Source: Patescibacteria group bacterium (GTDB lineage Bacteria; Patescibacteriota; Minisyncoccia; UBA6257; MFKM01). From it: a DNA stretch of 43,558 nucleotides. This document shows positions 41,444-43,558 of this stretch, piece after piece. Made by a program: the position numbers and the translations under genes. Location: assembly GCA_038065115.1 (NCBI GenBank), contig JBBTRS010000034.1, positions 1 to 43,558 on the forward strand. The letters are read 5' to 3'. The notes beneath the pieces were generated by a model. It worked only from the letters and a program-made list of their open reading frames with translations, did no database searches and was not told the origin of the DNA. Within the stretch, counting starts at the first letter, position 1, and every line of letters begins with the position of its first letter.

Positions 41444-42556
41444 ATGGCTCTCGCTATTTATCGTAAATATCGGCCGCGGATTTTTGAAGACTTGCTTGGC
41501 CAGGAATTAATCAGCCGGATTCTGAAAAACGCCGCTAGCCAGAATAAATTTTCCCACGCTTATCTTTTTTCGGGGCCGCGGGGTTCGGGAAAAACAACTG
41601 CCGCCCGATTGATTTCCAAAACAGCCAATTGCCGGACTCGCCAAACAGATGTTAAATTCGCCAAACTCGGCGAACCTTGCAATCATTGCCCGGTTTGCGC
41701 GGAAATTGATCGCGGTCAAGCGCTGGATGTCGTTGAAATTGACGCCGCTTCCAATCGCGGCATTGATGAAATCCGAAACCTGAAAGAAAGCGTCCGGCTC
41801 TCCCCTACTTCTTTCCCTAAAAAGATTTTTATTATTGACGAATGCCATATGTTGACCAAAGAGGCTTTTAACGCTCTTTTGAAAACATTAGAAGAACCGC
41901 CGGAACACGTGATTTTGATTTTAGCCACCACCGAGTTTGAAAAAATTCCGGCTACCATTGTTTCCCGGACCCAGCAATTTCATTTCAAAAAAATCCCTTT
42001 GATGAAGATTTTTGATAAATTGAAAAAAATCAGCGAGAGTGAGAAAATGGAAATTTCCGTCGGGGCTTTGGAGCTGATAGCGGCTTCGGCCGAAGGCAGT
42101 TTTCGGGACGCCGAATCGCTTTTAGACCAGTTATTGTCGTTTGGTTATCAAAAAATAGGCGTTAACGAAGTTGAAGGAATGGTTGGCAAGGTTGCTTTTT
42201 CCAAAATGGCGTCTTTCGCGGAAATTCTTTTAATCGGAGAAATGGGTAAAACCTTGAAAGAACTGGCCGAAATTGAAGATGGCGGTTATAATTTAGTCCA
42301 GTTTAACAAAGATTTAATTCACTATCTAAGAAAAGCGTTGGTTTTGAAATTTGAACCGAACTTGGAAAAAGCTTTCAGCGAAGAATTAACTCCAGAGGCT
42401 TTGGAAAAACTTAAAGGCCACAGCAAGCTAATCAAGGAAAAACACGTGGAACTTTTAAAAGGCTTGATCAACGCCTACGGCCAGATGCGCTACAGCCAAT
42501 TTCCGATTATTCCGTTGGAAGTGGCGATTATTGAAAACTTGAAGCATGAAACATAA
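41444..42556 (+). CDS. dnaX: DNA polymerase III subunit gamma/tau (short form)
   Basis: 370 aa. It has Walker A (GPRGSGKTT), the zinc module (CNHCPVCAEI), the DEXX-type motif IIDECHMLT, and SRTQ. Confidence 0.92.
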   Translation: MALAIYRKYRPRIFEDLLGQELISRILKNAASQNKFSHAYLFSGPRGSGKTTAARLISKTANCRTRQTDVKFAKLGEPCNHCPVCAEIDRGQALDVVEIDAASNRGIDEIRNLKESVRLSPTSFPKKIFIIDECHMLTKEAFNALLKTLEEPPEHVILILATTEFEKIPATIVSRTQQFHFKKIPLMKIFDKLKKISESEKMEISVGALELIAASAEGSFRDAESLLDQLLSFGYQKIGVNEVEGMVGKVAFSKMASFAEILLIGEMGKTLKELAEIEDGGYNLVQFNKDLIHYLRKALVLKFEPNLEKAFSEELTPEALEKLKGHSKLIKEKHVELLKGLINAYGQMRYSQFPIIPLEVAIIENLKHET

Positions 42557-42613
42557 AATCAAGCTCACTTCATACCTCGGGTTTTATGGTCTATAATGTC
42601 AAGGCGTTGTTAT

Positions 42614-42684
42614 TGGGGGGTCGTCTAATGGTAGGACATCGCCCTTTGAAGGCGAGTATTGGGGTTCGAATCCCTGCCCCCCAG
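42614..42684 (+). tRNA. tRNA-Gln(UUG)
   Basis: The cloverleaf is TGGGGGG TC GTCT AATGGTA GGAC A TCGCC CTTTGAA GGCGA GTAT TGGGG TTCGAAT CCCTG CCCCCCA G. Confidence 0.88.
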
Positions 42685-42779
42685 CTTTGAGGGTAAAATT
42701 AGCCAAATAAACATATTTAATATCTTACTGTGGACAACTTCCGTTAATGGCTAAAATTTAGCTATCCACAACGGGTCTA

Positions 42780-42809
42780 TTGACAGGTTGGTTCGTATTC
42801 ATGTAATAT
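42780..42809 (+). promoter_or_regulatory. sigma70-like promoter TTGACA-N18-TAATAT
   Basis: TTGACA is at 42780-42785 and TAATAT at 42804-42809, with TG immediately upstream of the -10 box. Confidence 0.45.
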
Positions 42810-42815
42810 AGAAGT

Positions 42816-42881
42816 AACAAATCCTTATCGTGTGCTTCGGCTACGGTAAGCAACAAGAGTCCTTCGGGGCTCTTGTTTTTT
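42816..42881 (+). ncRNA. candidate ~66-nt small RNA or terminating leader: two UUCG-capped hairpins ending in an intrinsic terminator
   Basis: Hairpin 1 pairs CTTATCG (42824-42830) with CGGTAAG (42844-42850) and has an inner GC-UUCG-GC. Hairpin 2 pairs 42852-42862 with 42867-42877 (11 bp, UUCG loop) and is followed by TTTT(G)TTT. Confidence 0.4.
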
Positions 42882-42909
42882 GTTTGTATAGAAACTATAT
42901 TTTGTATAT

Positions 42910-43476
42910 ATGAACCCGAAACGCGTTGCAGTTTTTATAGACAATAGTAATGTCTTTCATAATATTTACGACATAAGAAAAAATGACAAGAGTTGGGTCG
43001 CTTTATATGATCCCTTAATACTTGCAAAGAAATTAGCCGGAAATAGAAATTTGGTATATGTGGGGTTTTATTGTGTGCGCCCACCGGCATATCTTCTTAA
43101 CGAAAACAAAGAAAGTCAAAGGAAGTATAATTTGACTCAAAAATATTACGGAGAAATACAAAAACTTCCTTCTGTTACGATTAAATTCGGGGATTTAAAA
43201 GGAACAAAAGGACAGCTCCAAGAAAAGAATTTAGATACTCAGTTAAGTACTGATATGGTGGCAATGGCCGCTTTTGATGAATATGATGTAGCCATTCTTG
43301 TTTCAAATGATGGAGACTATAAAAGCGCAGTCGAAAACACCAAAAAATTTAATAAGAAAATAGAAAATTTATTTTTTAAAGGTAGCTTGTCTATGGCAAT
43401 TGATGGAATATGTGATATTAAAAGACGAGCTCGCCGTTCCTTCTTTGTGAAATTAGGTGGATTGGAAGAATCATAA
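42910..43476 (+). CDS. NYN domain (LabA/DUF88-like) putative ribonuclease
   Basis: 188 aa. The motifs VAVFIDNSNVFH...LDTQLSTDMVAMAAFDEYDVAILVSNDGDY match the NYN/LabA acidic-residue pattern. Confidence 0.78.
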   Translation: MNPKRVAVFIDNSNVFHNIYDIRKNDKSWVALYDPLILAKKLAGNRNLVYVGFYCVRPPAYLLNENKESQRKYNLTQKYYGEIQKLPSVTIKFGDLKGTKGQLQEKNLDTQLSTDMVAMAAFDEYDVAILVSNDGDYKSAVENTKKFNKKIENLFFKGSLSMAIDGICDIKRRARRSFFVKLGGLEES

Positions 43477-43558
43477 GTTCAAGAAATAGAATTTAGGTTC
43501 AAATCAGGTATATAAATATATTCATTTGAATTCTGAAATAAAGTTCTAATGTCTTCCA

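Noticed and set aside
41985-41995. The A7 run (TTCAAAAAAATC) in dnaX as a gamma/tau programmed frameshift site.
   Set aside because: It lies in the middle of the ATPase and lid region rather than after domain III. No alternative frame with a nearby stop or a downstream stimulatory structure was seen.
43477-43558. A possible 3' end of a minus-strand gene at the right edge (..WKTLELYFRIQMNIFIYLI*).
   Set aside because: Only about 20 codons are visible in AT-rich sequence, which is insufficient to support a call.

Overview
This is a compact, AT-rich, mostly housekeeping bacterial segment. The gene content and style look like a Patescibacteria/CPR (Parcubacteria-like) genome. The supporting signs are a DUF4012 protein, a DUF4015 protein, a short dnaX, an RF2 lacking domain 1, almost no Shine-Dalgarno motifs, and very short intergenic regions. 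That assignment is inference from reading the sequence, with no database search. The core genes cover four areas. Cell envelope and division: murB, ftsEX, ftsW, murG, mraY, a PBP5-like carboxypeptidase, an EnvC-like M23 peptidase, and a sugar-transferase plus two-glycosyltransferase plus DUF4012 cluster. Translation: hpf, prfB, typA, obg, fmt, def, rplI, rpmA, gltX, and five tRNA-type genes. Also present are secA, scpAB and dnaX. The unusual content is mostly non-coding. (1) A four-copy family of ~130-150-nt structured repeats is bounded by TATG, and the last ATG of each locus is exactly the start codon of hpf, prfB or rplI. Two subfamilies share only their termini, and the two B copies show compensatory substitutions. 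(2) A tRNA-like gene has a canonical tRNA-Thr(CGU), bracketed by a 9-bp helix, where its anticodon arm should be. Its T-stem carries a 20-nt perfect palindrome. (3) The same 20-nt palindrome is precisely inserted into one copy of the repeat family. (4) A 40-44-nt palindrome occurs twice. (5) Small accessory cassettes (NUDIX, MazG-like, an autonomous GC-rich minus-strand unit) are flanked by duplicated footprints of the neighbouring genes. (6) An AT-rich, translationally coupled two-gene cassette of unknown function lies next to tRNA-Gln(CUG). A promoter/double-hairpin/terminator unit plus an NYN-domain gene lies next to tRNA-Gln(UUG). (7) There are several leader regions with mutually exclusive hairpins. 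Product names come from motif recognition in the supplied translations. All RNA folds were done by eye.
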